A DNA stretch of 64,000 nucleotides from Bacteroidota bacterium (GCA_003242315.2 QGUY02000003.1:141-64140), one strand, 5' to 3'; shown: positions 46,734 through 56,199, numbered from the stretch's first letter. A program made the numbers and translations. The notes: generated by a model from the sequence alone, not told the origin.

Positions 46734-48896
46734 ATGATAAGAAAATGCGTTCTCATTGCACTCCTCGTATTCATGGCCGTAAGTAGTACTCTGGCGGAAG
46801 ATGGATACCGGCTTTGGTTGCGCTATGATAAAATCACAGATTCCGGAAAACTAAAACAATACCGGGAGTACCTCAAAGGCTACTGGCTCACGCATGATTC
46901 TCCGACAATGCAGGTGATTGACGATGAACTACAGATGGCATTGCCGGGCCTTCTGGGTTCGGGTGTTACCAAAGTTTCGTCGGTTACCAACAATGGTACC
47001 CTCATCATCGGAAAGCCAAGCCATCCGGCACTCCAATCGCTAAATCTTGGCGCGCACCTTCAGAATGCAGGCACAGAAGGGTTTGTCATCACCAGCACGA
47101 CCCTTAACAAGAAGAAGGTCATCATTATCGCTGCCAATGAAGACGCGGGGTTGCTTTACGGTGTTTTCCACCTGTTGAAGCTCATGCAAACGCATAAAGA
47201 TCTCAAGGATCTTACAATTACAAGTGTCCCCAAAATCAAATACCGGATACTCAACCACTGGGACAACCTCGACCGAACTGTCGAACGCGGCTATGCGGGC
47301 TTTTCGATATGGGACTGGCATAAACTTCCCGACTACATTGACCCACGCTATCGCGACTACGCCCGCGCCAACGCTTCAATAGGCATTAACGGCGCGGTGG
47401 TGACGAACGTCAATGCCAACGCGCTTGTGCTTACACCCGCGTACCTCGAAAAGGTCGCCGCGCTGGCAAACGTATTTCGCCCCTATGGTATCAGGATCTA
47501 TCTCACGGCGAGGTTCAATGCGCCGATGGAAATCGACAAATACGAAACGGCCGACCCGCTGGACCCTAAAGTACGTAAATGGTGGGCTGACAAGGTCACA
47601 GAGATTTACCGGTACATTCCCGACTTCGGTGGATTCGTTGTGAAAGCTAACTCCGAGGGTCAGCCCGGACCTCAGAACTACAACCGCACCCATGCCGATG
47701 GCGCCAACATGCTTGCTGAAGCACTGAAACCGCATGGTGGAATCGTTATGTGGCGCGCTTTTGTGTATGACGATAAGGTGCCTGACGATCGACATAAGCA
47801 AGCGTATAACGAGTTTGTGCCTCACGACGGTCAACTGAAAGACAACGTCCTTATCCAGGTGAAGAATGGTGCGATCGACTTCCAGCCGCGCGAACCCTTC
47901 CATCCATTGTTCGGCGCCATGCCGAAAACACCCCTGATGATGGAATTCCAGATCACCCAGGAGTACCTGGGCTTTGCCACGCACCTAGTCTATCTGGCCA
48001 CATTGTTTAAGGAGTGTCTTGACGCAGACACATACGCGAAAGGACCCGGCTCAACGGTGGCAAAGGTGATTGACGGATCTCTTGACGGACACTCGATCTC
48101 CGGCATGGCGGGCGTCGCAAACATCGGCACAGATCGCAATTGGTGTGGTCATCCCTTCGGACAGGCAAACTGGTATGCATTCGGACGGCTCGCATGGGAT
48201 CATCAGCTCAGCGCGGAAGAGATTGCAGAAGAATGGATTAGGATGACGTTCGGTAACGATGAGATTGTTATCTCAACCATTCTGCCGATGATGATGGTGT
48301 CACGAGAGATCACAGTCAACTACATGACGCCGCTGGGTCTGCATCACCTCATGGGCCGAAACCATCATTACGGTCCGGGTCCGTGGGTGGATGGCGGGCG
48401 TCCCGATTGGACATCGGTTTACTATCACCGTGCTGACTCAATGGGCATTGGCTTTGACCGTACAACTTCTGGAAGCGACGCGGTAAGCCAATACTTTCCC
48501 CCCGTCGCTGAAACGTTTAACAGCCTGGAAAAATGTCCAGAAGAATACCTGCTCTGGTTCCATCACGTGCCGTGGGATTACAAGATGAAATCCGGAGAAA
48601 CACTCTGGAATGCCCTGGTTCACAAATACTACGCTGGTGTCGACTCGGTTCGCTGGATGCAGCGCATGTGGAACACTCTTGAGAATCGCATCGACCCTTA
48701 CAGATTCAGCCAGGTAAAGATGCTGCTCAACATCCAGGAGAAGGAAGCCGTCCTTTGGAGGAACAGCTGCGTTTTGTATTTTCAGACGTTTTCACGACGA
48801 CCAATTCCAGAAGGATTGGAAAAACCAGAACATTCCCTGGACTACTATATGAAGTTATCGTTCCCTTATGCCCCGGGGATACGACCCAGATGGTAA
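46734..48896 (+). CDS. aguA: GH67 alpha-glucuronidase
   Basis: EDGYRLWLRYD N-terminus, NHWDNLDRTVERGYAG, and VKANSEGQPGP, characteristic of GH67. ATG 46734 gives a signal peptide. Confidence 0.9.
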   Translation: MIRKCVLIALLVFMAVSSTLAEDGYRLWLRYDKITDSGKLKQYREYLKGYWLTHDSPTMQVIDDELQMALPGLLGSGVTKVSSVTNNGTLIIGKPSHPALQSLNLGAHLQNAGTEGFVITSTTLNKKKVIIIAANEDAGLLYGVFHLLKLMQTHKDLKDLTITSVPKIKYRILNHWDNLDRTVERGYAGFSIWDWHKLPDYIDPRYRDYARANASIGINGAVVTNVNANALVLTPAYLEKVAALANVFRPYGIRIYLTARFNAPMEIDKYETADPLDPKVRKWWADKVTEIYRYIPDFGGFVVKANSEGQPGPQNYNRTHADGANMLAEALKPHGGIVMWRAFVYDDKVPDDRHKQAYNEFVPHDGQLKDNVLIQVKNGAIDFQPREPFHPLFGAMPKTPLMMEFQITQEYLGFATHLVYLATLFKECLDADTYAKGPGSTVAKVIDGSLDGHSISGMAGVANIGTDRNWCGHPFGQANWYAFGRLAWDHQLSAEEIAEEWIRMTFGNDEIVISTILPMMMVSREITVNYMTPLGLHHLMGRNHHYGPGPWVDGGRPDWTSVYYHRADSMGIGFDRTTSGSDAVSQYFPPVAETFNSLEKCPEEYLLWFHHVPWDYKMKSGETLWNALVHKYYAGVDSVRWMQRMWNTLENRIDPYRFSQVKMLLNIQEKEAVLWRNSCVLYFQTFSRRPIPEGLEKPEHSLDYYMKLSFPYAPGIRPRW

Positions 48897-48922
48897 GCCG
48901 AGGCACGAAAGTGGATAACAGA

Positions 48923-49014
48923 CAACTTCAACACTTCAAGACTTGAGCACTTCAACACATATCCAGCACTCACGTGGAAGCCAGACAACGTAAACACATA
49001 AGCACGTAAACACA
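48923..49014. repeat. Intergenic word repeats (CAACTTCAACACTTCAA; ACGTAAACACA x2 with 16-nt period)
   Basis: The 17-mer at 48923-48939 is identical to 57412-57428. ACGTAAACACA occurs at 48988-48998 and 49004-49014. Confidence 0.7.
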
Positions 49015-49021
49015 AAAGCAC

Positions 49022-50200
49022 ATGTATTTGATGGAACAAACCATGCGGTGGTATGGACCCAACGATCCGGTCAGCCTGCAGGATATCAGGCAGGCGGGTT
49101 GCACGGGCGTGGTCACCGCGTTGCATCACATCCCTGTTGGAGAGATCTGGACAGTAGAAGAAATTGACAAACGCAGGAAGCATATAGAAGACGCAGGCAT
49201 GACCTGGACAGTCATCGAAAGCCTTCCTGTTCATGAAGATATCAAGAAGCATTCAGGGCAATACGAAAAATACATTGAGAACTACAAAGTCAGCCTGAAG
49301 AATGTCGCAGCGTGCGGGCTGAAAGTTGTTACGTACAACTTCATGCCTATCCTCGACTGGATGCGGACGGATCCCAACTACACGCTTCCCGAAGGAAGTA
49401 AGGCATTGCGCTTCGAGAAGTCGGCGTTCATTGCTTTTGATCTGTTCCTGTTGAAGCGTCCCGGTGCGGAAAAAGATTATACCCCCGAAGAGATTGCAAA
49501 GGCCAAAGCACGGCTAACAAGCATGACGGACCAGGAAAAGGAGACATTGTATCGCAATGCTTTGCTGGGCCTTCCCGGAAGCGAAGAGCGTTTTACGGAA
49601 GAACAGATACTCACAGCCCTGAAAACCTACGCGCATATTGATGCCGCGCGTTTGAAGGAAAATCTATTCTACTTCCTAAAACAGGTAGTGCCTGTCGCGG
49701 AAGAGCTTGGATTGAAGATGGCTATCCATCCCGATGACCCCCCCTATCCCATTCTCGGCCTGCCGAGGGTTGTGAGCACGGAACAAGACGCAACCGAACT
49801 CATCCAGGCTGCGCCGTCGCCCGCCAATGGACTTTGCTTCTGCACGGGTTCATACGGCGTACGGCCAGACAACGACCTGCCGGGCATGGTTAGGAGGCTT
49901 GGCGATCACATTCACTTCCTCCACCTCCGAAACACGAAGCGCGACAGCGAAGGGAACTTCTACGAGGCCAATCACCTCGATGGCGATACCGACATGGTGG
50001 CGGTAGTGACCGAAGTGCTCCATCTTATGCAGCGGCGAAAGGTATCTATCCCTATGCGCCCGGATCATGGACACGTGATGTTAGACGATCTGAAGAAGAC
50101 AACCTATCCAGGGTACTCGGCGATTGGGCGGTTGAAAGGATTGGCGGAACTGAGAGGGCTGGAGTTGGGACTTAGCAGGACTATTGATAGTAGGCAGTAG
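49022..50200 (+). CDS. uxuA: Mannonate dehydratase
   Basis: [17 protein letters not shown]-terminus and the overall UxuA pattern (HPDDPP, FCTGSYG). The start may be ATG 49031. Confidence 0.9.
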   Translation: MYLMEQTMRWYGPNDPVSLQDIRQAGCTGVVTALHHIPVGEIWTVEEIDKRRKHIEDAGMTWTVIESLPVHEDIKKHSGQYEKYIENYKVSLKNVAACGLKVVTYNFMPILDWMRTDPNYTLPEGSKALRFEKSAFIAFDLFLLKRPGAEKDYTPEEIAKAKARLTSMTDQEKETLYRNALLGLPGSEERFTEEQILTALKTYAHIDAARLKENLFYFLKQVVPVAEELGLKMAIHPDDPPYPILGLPRVVSTEQDATELIQAAPSPANGLCFCTGSYGVRPDNDLPGMVRRLGDHIHFLHLRNTKRDSEGNFYEANHLDGDTDMVAVVTEVLHLMQRRKVSIPMRPDHGHVMLDDLKKTTYPGYSAIGRLKGLAELRGLELGLSRTIDSRQ

Positions 50201-50238
50201 GCAGTTATTACGACGGCGCAATCGGTAGAGACGTAGTA

Positions 50239-50261
50239 GAGACGCGCAACTTGCGCGTCTC
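50239..50261. repeat. GAGACGC palindromic element, copy C
   Basis: gagacgcgc / aactt / gcgcgtctc: 9 perfect bp, extendable to 11. It is preceded by a half copy gtagagacg at 50225-50233. It lies 39 nt after the uxuA stop, between convergent genes. Confidence 0.75.
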
Positions 50262-50627
50262 GCGGCAGAACAAGCCAGCGTCCGTGGGAGTACGAGTGTG
50301 AGTCGCACCGACCACCTTCAGGGCTTCCAGGCCGGAGACGGACCGTTCGGAAAGTTTTATTTTGATGAGGTTGACAGATTCCTGGCGACTGTCTTTTAGG
50401 GGGCCTTGTCTTTATCACCTGGGAGTTGATATTTGCTTCTCCACCGGAAAAATCGGAAAAGGAAAGAGAAGTCACCTACTACGTCGAAGCACCCCGAAAA
50501 CGACATCACAATCTCGGAGCGATAGTCGTCTTTGTGCTGATGCTTGCTGGGGTAACACTAATACTGCTGCACGTTCTAAGCAGGGTGTGATGAGGACGCG
50601 ACCCTAGTCGCAGAGCGGTTGAGTAAG

Positions 50628-51371
50628 TCAGATCACCTTAAACAGCTTCGAAAACTCTTTCAGCCGCTCATCTTCCGGCCGGAGTTCAGTAATGAGATGA
50701 TCGATCGATGATAAAGGGCACACCTGCATGCGTTGCGCAGTGCCCAACTTTTCGGAGATCGTGAGAACGGCAGTAGATTCGGCGCATCGCACCATTGCCT
50801 TCTTTACCTGAACGACCTCCCAGTCGTTATCAGTAATTCCTTCTTTCAGGGCGATACCATTCGTACCCATCAGGCACAGGTCCGCGCGCAGTTCTGCAAG
50901 CTGGCTCACAACGGAAGATCCGGTGCAGATATACGAGTTTCTGGCGAGCCGACCGCCGAGAAGAATGACTTCTACTGTAGATCGTTGCGTAACTTCAAGC
51001 GCAACGAGGGGGCTTACCGTAAAGAACGTACCCTTCAAATTCTCCGGGAACAGCCGGGCCAACTCAAGCATCACAGTGCCTCCCCCAGCGAGTATCACCA
51101 TTCCATCTTTTATCAGCGACAGCGCTTTTCGCGCAATGGCAATCTTTTCCTCCCGCGCATACACTTCCGGCTGCTGATACGGATAATGGAACATGTTGGA
51201 TAACGCTCCACCATGAACCTTCACCAGCTTTCCTTTGCGTTCAAGCTCTGTGAGGTCACGCCGCACTGTATCCAACGACACATTCAGCAATTGACATAAG
51301 TCAGAAGTGAGTACCTTGTGATGGAGGTTGATTCGCTGAAGGATGAATCGTTGACGCTCTTCCTGTAACAT
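50628..51371 (-). CDS. DeoR/GlpR-family transcriptional regulator
   Basis: N-terminal HTH (ERQRFILQRINLHHKVLTSDLCQLLNVSLDTVRRDLTELE) and a C-terminal sugar-phosphate sensor domain. Confidence 0.85.
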   Translation of the reverse strand: MLQEERQRFILQRINLHHKVLTSDLCQLLNVSLDTVRRDLTELERKGKLVKVHGGALSNMFHYPYQQPEVYAREEKIAIARKALSLIKDGMVILAGGGTVMLELARLFPENLKGTFFTVSPLVALEVTQRSTVEVILLGGRLARNSYICTGSSVVSQLAELRADLCLMGTNGIALKEGITDNDWEVVQVKKAMVRCAESTAVLTISEKLGTAQRMQVCPLSSIDHLITELRPEDERLKEFSKLFKVI

Positions 51372-51495
51372 CGATCGGGGTCTGTGCCGCAAAGTTGCAG
51401 CTTTTTGCTGTATCTGTCAAAAAATGGCCGTCCCTGTAAAACGATCGGAAGAAAATCTTGCTGATTGTTGCTTTATTTCTTTACTTAGTAAAACA

Positions 51496-53337
51496 ATGAC
51501 GCAAAAAAACGCATGCCAGTTCCGATCCCACCCGCTCTGGTTCGGCGTATGGATCGCCCTGCTCCTTATCTCTACGCTCTCATCAGGGCAGCAAAAAACT
51601 GATTCCTGGATCCGCATCAATTTGCTGGGATATGCGCCCTCTTCAGTGAAGGTGGCCGTACTCGCATCGAAGGCGAGTCAGCCGGGGCCTGAAACTTTTG
51701 AGTTGGTTGACAGCCGTTCTTCCAAAGTCGTTTTTAAAGGCAAAACAGGAAAAGATTTTGGCGCTTACGGCCCCTTTACGCATACCTACCGTCTCGACTT
51801 CTCCAAATACAACCTGCCTGGAACCTACTACCTGCGCGCAGGCAGTGCACAATCACCAGAATTCAACATATCCGCTGATGTCTACAAAGGACGTCCCGAC
51901 TTCCTGCTTCAATATATGAGACAGCAACGAAGCGGGTATAATCCTTTTCTAAAGGATTCATGTCATACTCACGACGGATACACGATTTACGGACCCATGC
52001 CGGACGGCACGCACATCGACGTCTCGGGAGGATGGCATGACGCTACCGACTATCTTCAGTACTCCACAACGTCTGCAAACGCGACCTATCACCTCCTGGC
52101 CGCCTACCGCGATTTCCCCGGCTCCTTCGGAGACGAACACCTGGACAACGGACTGGAAGGAAGCAACGGAAAAGCGGATGTTCTCGACGAAGCGTTGTGG
52201 GGGCTCCAATGGCTTGAAAAAATGCATCCGCGTCCCGACTGGATGTTTAATCAACTTGCCGACGACCGCGATCACGCGGGCTTCAGACTCCCTACGCTCG
52301 ACTCAGTCGACTACGGATGGGGCAAAGGTAAAGGCCGTCCCGTATACTTTATCTCGGGCGAAGTTCAGGGCCTCTTCAAACACAAGAACCGCGCAACAGG
52401 GGCAGCTTCTACCGCGGGCAAATTTGCAAGCGCGTTCGCTCTCGGCGCACAGGTATTGAAAGACATAGATCCTTCAAGAGCGACCCGGTTTCGCGAAAAA
52501 TCACTAACCGCTTATGCATTCGGAAAAGCAAAGCCAGGTGTTGCACAGACCGCACCCGGCAGGGCACGTTACTTCTACGAAGAAGACAACTGGGTTGACG
52601 ACATGGAACTGGGCGCAGCTTCCATATTCCAACTCATAGGAGACCGAGCATATTACGATGAGGCGCTTCAGTACGGCAAACAGGAACCGGTCACGCCGTG
52701 GATCGGCACAGATACTGCGCGTCACTATCAATGGTATCCGTTCCACAACTTTGGTCACTATGAACTCGCGAAGAATGCAAATCCGGACGACCGCAAACTC
52801 CTGATCGGATTTTACCGTCAGGGAATCGAAAAGGTGTGGAACAAGGCAAAGAACAATGCCTTCTATCGCGGCGTGCCGTTTATATGGTGCTCCAACAACT
52901 TGACAACATCCTTTGCCATTCAATGCTATCTGTACCGTCAACTCACCGGCGATGAAACGTTCATCGAACTTGAGCAGGCGTGTTTCGATTGGATCTTCGG
53001 ACTCAATCCCTGGGGAACCAGCATGGTGTACGGTCTTCCTGCCGACCGGGACACGCCGACTGATCCGCATTCATCGTATACGGTACTGTACAACTATCCG
53101 ATTAACGGTGGACTGGTCGATGGCCCCGTCTACACAGCAATATTTAACAACCTGTTAGGACTGGAACTTCACGAACCTGACGAGTATGCAGAGTTCCAAT
53201 CCGACCTCGCGGTTTATCACGACGACTACGGCGATTACAGCACGAACGAACCAACTATGGACGGAACGGCATCGCTCGTTTATCTCCTCGCTGCAAAAGA
53301 TCACGAGTCCCGGGAGGTGGGCAGGAAAAAAAAGTAA
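51496..53337 (+). CDS. GH9 glycoside hydrolase with N-terminal Ig-like domain, secreted
   Basis: Signal peptide from ATG 51496. GH9 motifs DVSGGWHDATDY and STNEPTMDGTA. Ends in ...EVGRKKK-TAA on an A8 run. Confidence 0.85.
   Translation: MTQKNACQFRSHPLWFGVWIALLLISTLSSGQQKTDSWIRINLLGYAPSSVKVAVLASKASQPGPETFELVDSRSSKVVFKGKTGKDFGAYGPFTHTYRLDFSKYNLPGTYYLRAGSAQSPEFNISADVYKGRPDFLLQYMRQQRSGYNPFLKDSCHTHDGYTIYGPMPDGTHIDVSGGWHDATDYLQYSTTSANATYHLLAAYRDFPGSFGDEHLDNGLEGSNGKADVLDEALWGLQWLEKMHPRPDWMFNQLADDRDHAGFRLPTLDSVDYGWGKGKGRPVYFISGEVQGLFKHKNRATGAASTAGKFASAFALGAQVLKDIDPSRATRFREKSLTAYAFGKAKPGVAQTAPGRARYFYEEDNWVDDMELGAASIFQLIGDRAYYDEALQYGKQEPVTPWIGTDTARHYQWYPFHNFGHYELAKNANPDDRKLLIGFYRQGIEKVWNKAKNNAFYRGVPFIWCSNNLTTSFAIQCYLYRQLTGDETFIELEQACFDWIFGLNPWGTSMVYGLPADRDTPTDPHSSYTVLYNYPINGGLVDGPVYTAIFNNLLGLELHEPDEYAEFQSDLAVYHDDYGDYSTNEPTMDGTASLVYLLAAKDHESREVGRKKK
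53328..53334 (+). other. Candidate -1 frameshift heptamer A_AAA_AAG
   Basis: The heptamer is in phase with the GH9 frame, with TAA immediately 3' and GGGAGG at 53312-53317, 10 nt 5' of it. The -1 frame runs open into the deacetylase ORF. Confidence 0.45.
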
Positions 53338-53339
53338 TT

Positions 53340-54050
53340 GTTGACCCCTATGGGGCGATCGTCAGGGGTGACACGACAGAAAAAAGCATCTTCCTCGTAT
53401 TCACCGGTGATGAATTTGCGGACGGAGGTGCGGTAATTCGCAGCGTGCTGCGGCAGCGCAATGTCAAAGCAGGGTTCTTCTTCACGGGCAACTTTTACGC
53501 TAACGATGAATTTGAACCGCTGATCAAAGACCTGCTTCAGGATGGGCATTATCTCGGCGCGCATTCTGACAAGCATTTGCTGTACTGCGACTGGTCCAAA
53601 CGCGACAGCCTGCTGGTAACACGCCGTCAGTTCCGACGCGACCTGAAACGGAATTACAAGCGGATGGCGGAATTTGGGATTGATAAGAACGAAGCGAAGG
53701 TATTCCTGCCTCCGTACGAATGGTATAACGCCTCCGTTGTGAAGTGGACGCATGAGTTGGGACTCACCCTGGTGAACTTTACACCGGGAACTTTGTCGAC
53801 TGCGGATTATACCTACCCTGATATGGGTACGCGGTACAGAAACTCGGATACGATTTTTCGATCCATTATGGACTACGAATCGAATGCGCGCATCGGAATG
53901 AATGGCTTCATATTGCTTGTGCATATCGGAACTGATCCGAGGCGAACCGACAAGTTCTACGATCGACTTGACCAGTTATTGGTGACTTTGATGGAAAAAG
54001 GTTATTCATTTAAACGGATCGATGAACTTGTCCCTGAAGGGACGGAATAA
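53340..54050 (+). CDS. Polysaccharide deacetylase-family protein (NodB-like), start codon unresolved
   Basis: IFLVFTGDEFADGG, GHYLGAHSDKHLLY and LLVHIGTDPRRTDKF. The frame is open from 53181, but the first ATG/GTG/TTG is GTG 53445, which lies downstream of the first conserved motif. Confidence 0.65.
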   Translation, partial: VDPYGAIVRGDTTEKSIFLVFTGDEFADGGAVIRSVLRQRNVKAGFFFTGNFYANDEFEPLIKDLLQDGHYLGAHSDKHLLYCDWSKRDSLLVTRRQFRRDLKRNYKRMAEFGIDKNEAKVFLPPYEWYNASVVKWTHELGLTLVNFTPGTLSTADYTYPDMGTRYRNSDTIFRSIMDYESNARIGMNGFILLVHIGTDPRRTDKFYDRLDQLLVTLMEKGYSFKRIDELVPEGTE

Positions 54051-54076
54051 TTTGATATCACAAAAAATTAGAGCGC

Positions 54077-55015
54077 ATGGCAATTCTCGGTATCGACCTG
54101 GGTGGGACAAAGCTGGCCACCGCCGTGTTTTCGCTGGATGGCGAGATCATATTCAGCGAGTCAGTGGCACTGGGAAAGCGCAGGGATAAAGAGGTTGGCG
54201 CACTGATTACGGAGGCCGTGGCATCGCATTGTAAAAAAACAGACGTGAAGTCTATCGGCGTGTCGGTTCCCGGCATCAGCCGCCGGGAGACGGGAACCGT
54301 GTGGGCTCCGAACATTCCGGGATGGGATGACTATCCCCTGTTGAAAGAGCTCCAGGATGCGTGTCCCAACGTGCCCGTTATCATCGACAACGATCGCGCA
54401 TGCTGTATCTCAGGAGAAATATGGCGAGGGAGTGCGAAGGATTGTAAAGATGCCATCTTTCTCGCAGTGGGCACGGGCATTGGCGCGGGCATACTTTCCG
54501 GAGGTCAAATCATACGTGGCGCGCACGATATCGCCGGCGCGGTTGGCTGGATGGCGCTCCAAAAGCCCTTTCTCATGAAATACATCTCCTACGGATGCTT
54601 TGAATACTATGCGTCCGGGGATGGAATTGCACGACTCGCCAGGGAGCTGCTCACGATCCGACAAGATTACAAAGGCATGCTACGCGTGAACCCTTCTGAA
54701 CTGACGGCTCACCACGTGTTCGCTGCTTATGAAAAGCGTGATCCGCTGGCGATTACTGTGATCAGAGAATGCATTGAGTATTGGGGCATGGCTATAGCCA
54801 ACCTCATCAGCATTTTCAATCCCGAAAAGATTATTCTCGGTGGCGGCGTGTTTGGACCTGCCGTGAAATTTATCCCGGAGATCAAAGATGAAGCACTTAA
54901 ATGGGCACAACCCATCAGCGCAACTCAAGTCGACATTATTCCTTCAGCGCTGGGTGGACAGGCTGCAATCTACGGCGCGGGATACCTGGCGTTAGCCAAC
55001 CTTGCCGACCAGTAA
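54077..55015 (+). CDS. ROK-family sugar kinase
   Basis: ILGIDLGGTKLA, IDNDRACC and AVGTGIGAG. The zinc-Cys motif is only partly preserved. Confidence 0.8.
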   Translation: MAILGIDLGGTKLATAVFSLDGEIIFSESVALGKRRDKEVGALITEAVASHCKKTDVKSIGVSVPGISRRETGTVWAPNIPGWDDYPLLKELQDACPNVPVIIDNDRACCISGEIWRGSAKDCKDAIFLAVGTGIGAGILSGGQIIRGAHDIAGAVGWMALQKPFLMKYISYGCFEYYASGDGIARLARELLTIRQDYKGMLRVNPSELTAHHVFAAYEKRDPLAITVIRECIEYWGMAIANLISIFNPEKIILGGGVFGPAVKFIPEIKDEALKWAQPISATQVDIIPSALGGQAAIYGAGYLALANLADQ

Positions 55016-55019
55016 CACG

Positions 55020-56183
55020 ATGAATCAATACAAACTCACATTCGCTTCCTCCTGCTTCGGTATGCTACTCTTTGGAGTCAGTCTCATTACCCTCGGCTCC
55101 GTTTCATCCGACCTGCAGGAAAAATTCCAGCTTGATGCCGTCGACTCCGGAACACTATTTTCGATTTTGCCCATTGGCATTATCCTGGGGTCGTTGCTAT
55201 TCGGCCCCGTATCGGACCGATACGGCTACAAGTTTTTCTTCATCGCTTCGTGTATCTGTTTGCTTATAGGATTTCAGGGCATAGCGTGGTCAGATAATCT
55301 CGGGCTGCTTCGTTTTTGCATTTTTCTCTTCGGCTTTGGAGGTGGAGCGATCAACGGTGCGACGAACGCTGTTGTTGCTGACATCAGCAGCAACAACAAA
55401 GGCGCAAACCTGAGCTTGCTCGGCGTTTTCTTTGGCATTGGAGCCTTAGGAATGCCTTCCGTGCTCGGAGCGCTTGAGAAGCAATTCTCCGTGCAGCAGA
55501 TCGTGACTTCCGTGGGATTGCTTCCCGTCGCTGCGGCAGTGCTCTTCATGTTTACTCCTTTTCCTCCCCCGAAGCAAAGTCAACCGGTCGGCAGGAATGC
55601 TATACTATCCTTACTGCGCAGTGGTTTTCTGTGGCTCATTGGCTTCTTCCTTTTCTGTCAAAGCGCTGCGGAAGGTGTCATCAACAACTGGACGACGACA
55701 TACCTGGAAAAACATCTCGATTTCTCAGGAAGCGCGGCGCTGTTCAACCTATCGCTTTACGTGGGTGGGTTAACGGTCATGCGACTGGCGTTGGGAAGCG
55801 TGTTGAGAAACACTTCACCATCGCGCATTATGGCACTATCACTCGCCTTATTGTTCACAGGTGCGCTGGTACTTCGGATGACACAGACACCGGCGTTTGC
55901 AACTGCGGCGCTGATCATAACCGGCGCGGGCCTTGCGGCCGGATTTCCCGTCATGTTGGGCTTTGCAGGAGCACGTTTTGCAGAACTGTCGGCAACCGCC
56001 TTCAGCATTATTCTTACGGTAGCACTAACTGGAAATATGATCGTCAACTATGTCACCGGCGTCGTGATCGACAGGTTAGGCATAGGACAGTACACAACGA
56101 TGACGCTGGTGCTTTACGCTGCGATGGTTCCATTGACCTATTTCATTCTCAGACAACATCAAACCGAATTACATAAATCATAA
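55020..56183 (+). CDS. MFS transporter
   Basis: About 12 predicted hydrophobic helices and an MFS loop motif (GPVSDRYGYK). I prefer ATG 55020 over TTG 55002. Confidence 0.8.
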   Translation: MNQYKLTFASSCFGMLLFGVSLITLGSVSSDLQEKFQLDAVDSGTLFSILPIGIILGSLLFGPVSDRYGYKFFFIASCICLLIGFQGIAWSDNLGLLRFCIFLFGFGGGAINGATNAVVADISSNNKGANLSLLGVFFGIGALGMPSVLGALEKQFSVQQIVTSVGLLPVAAAVLFMFTPFPPPKQSQPVGRNAILSLLRSGFLWLIGFFLFCQSAAEGVINNWTTTYLEKHLDFSGSAALFNLSLYVGGLTVMRLALGSVLRNTSPSRIMALSLALLFTGALVLRMTQTPAFATAALIITGAGLAAGFPVMLGFAGARFAELSATAFSIILTVALTGNMIVNYVTGVVIDRLGIGQYTTMTLVLYAAMVPLTYFILRQHQTELHKS

Positions 56184-56199
56184 CCACTCTAATCAAATT

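Noticed and set aside
47376-47984. 202-aa minus-strand ORF
   Set aside because: It is antisense to the GH67 gene and has no motifs.
50426-50590. 54-codon TTG-start ORF with a basic patch and a C-terminal hydrophobic helix (…PRKRHHNLGAIVVFVLMLAGVTLILLHVLSRV) in the uxuA/DeoR spacer; considered as a small membrane peptide or type I toxin
   Set aside because: It has no ATG, no promoter or terminator signals that I can see, and nothing to compare it with. It is too speculative without conservation or expression data.
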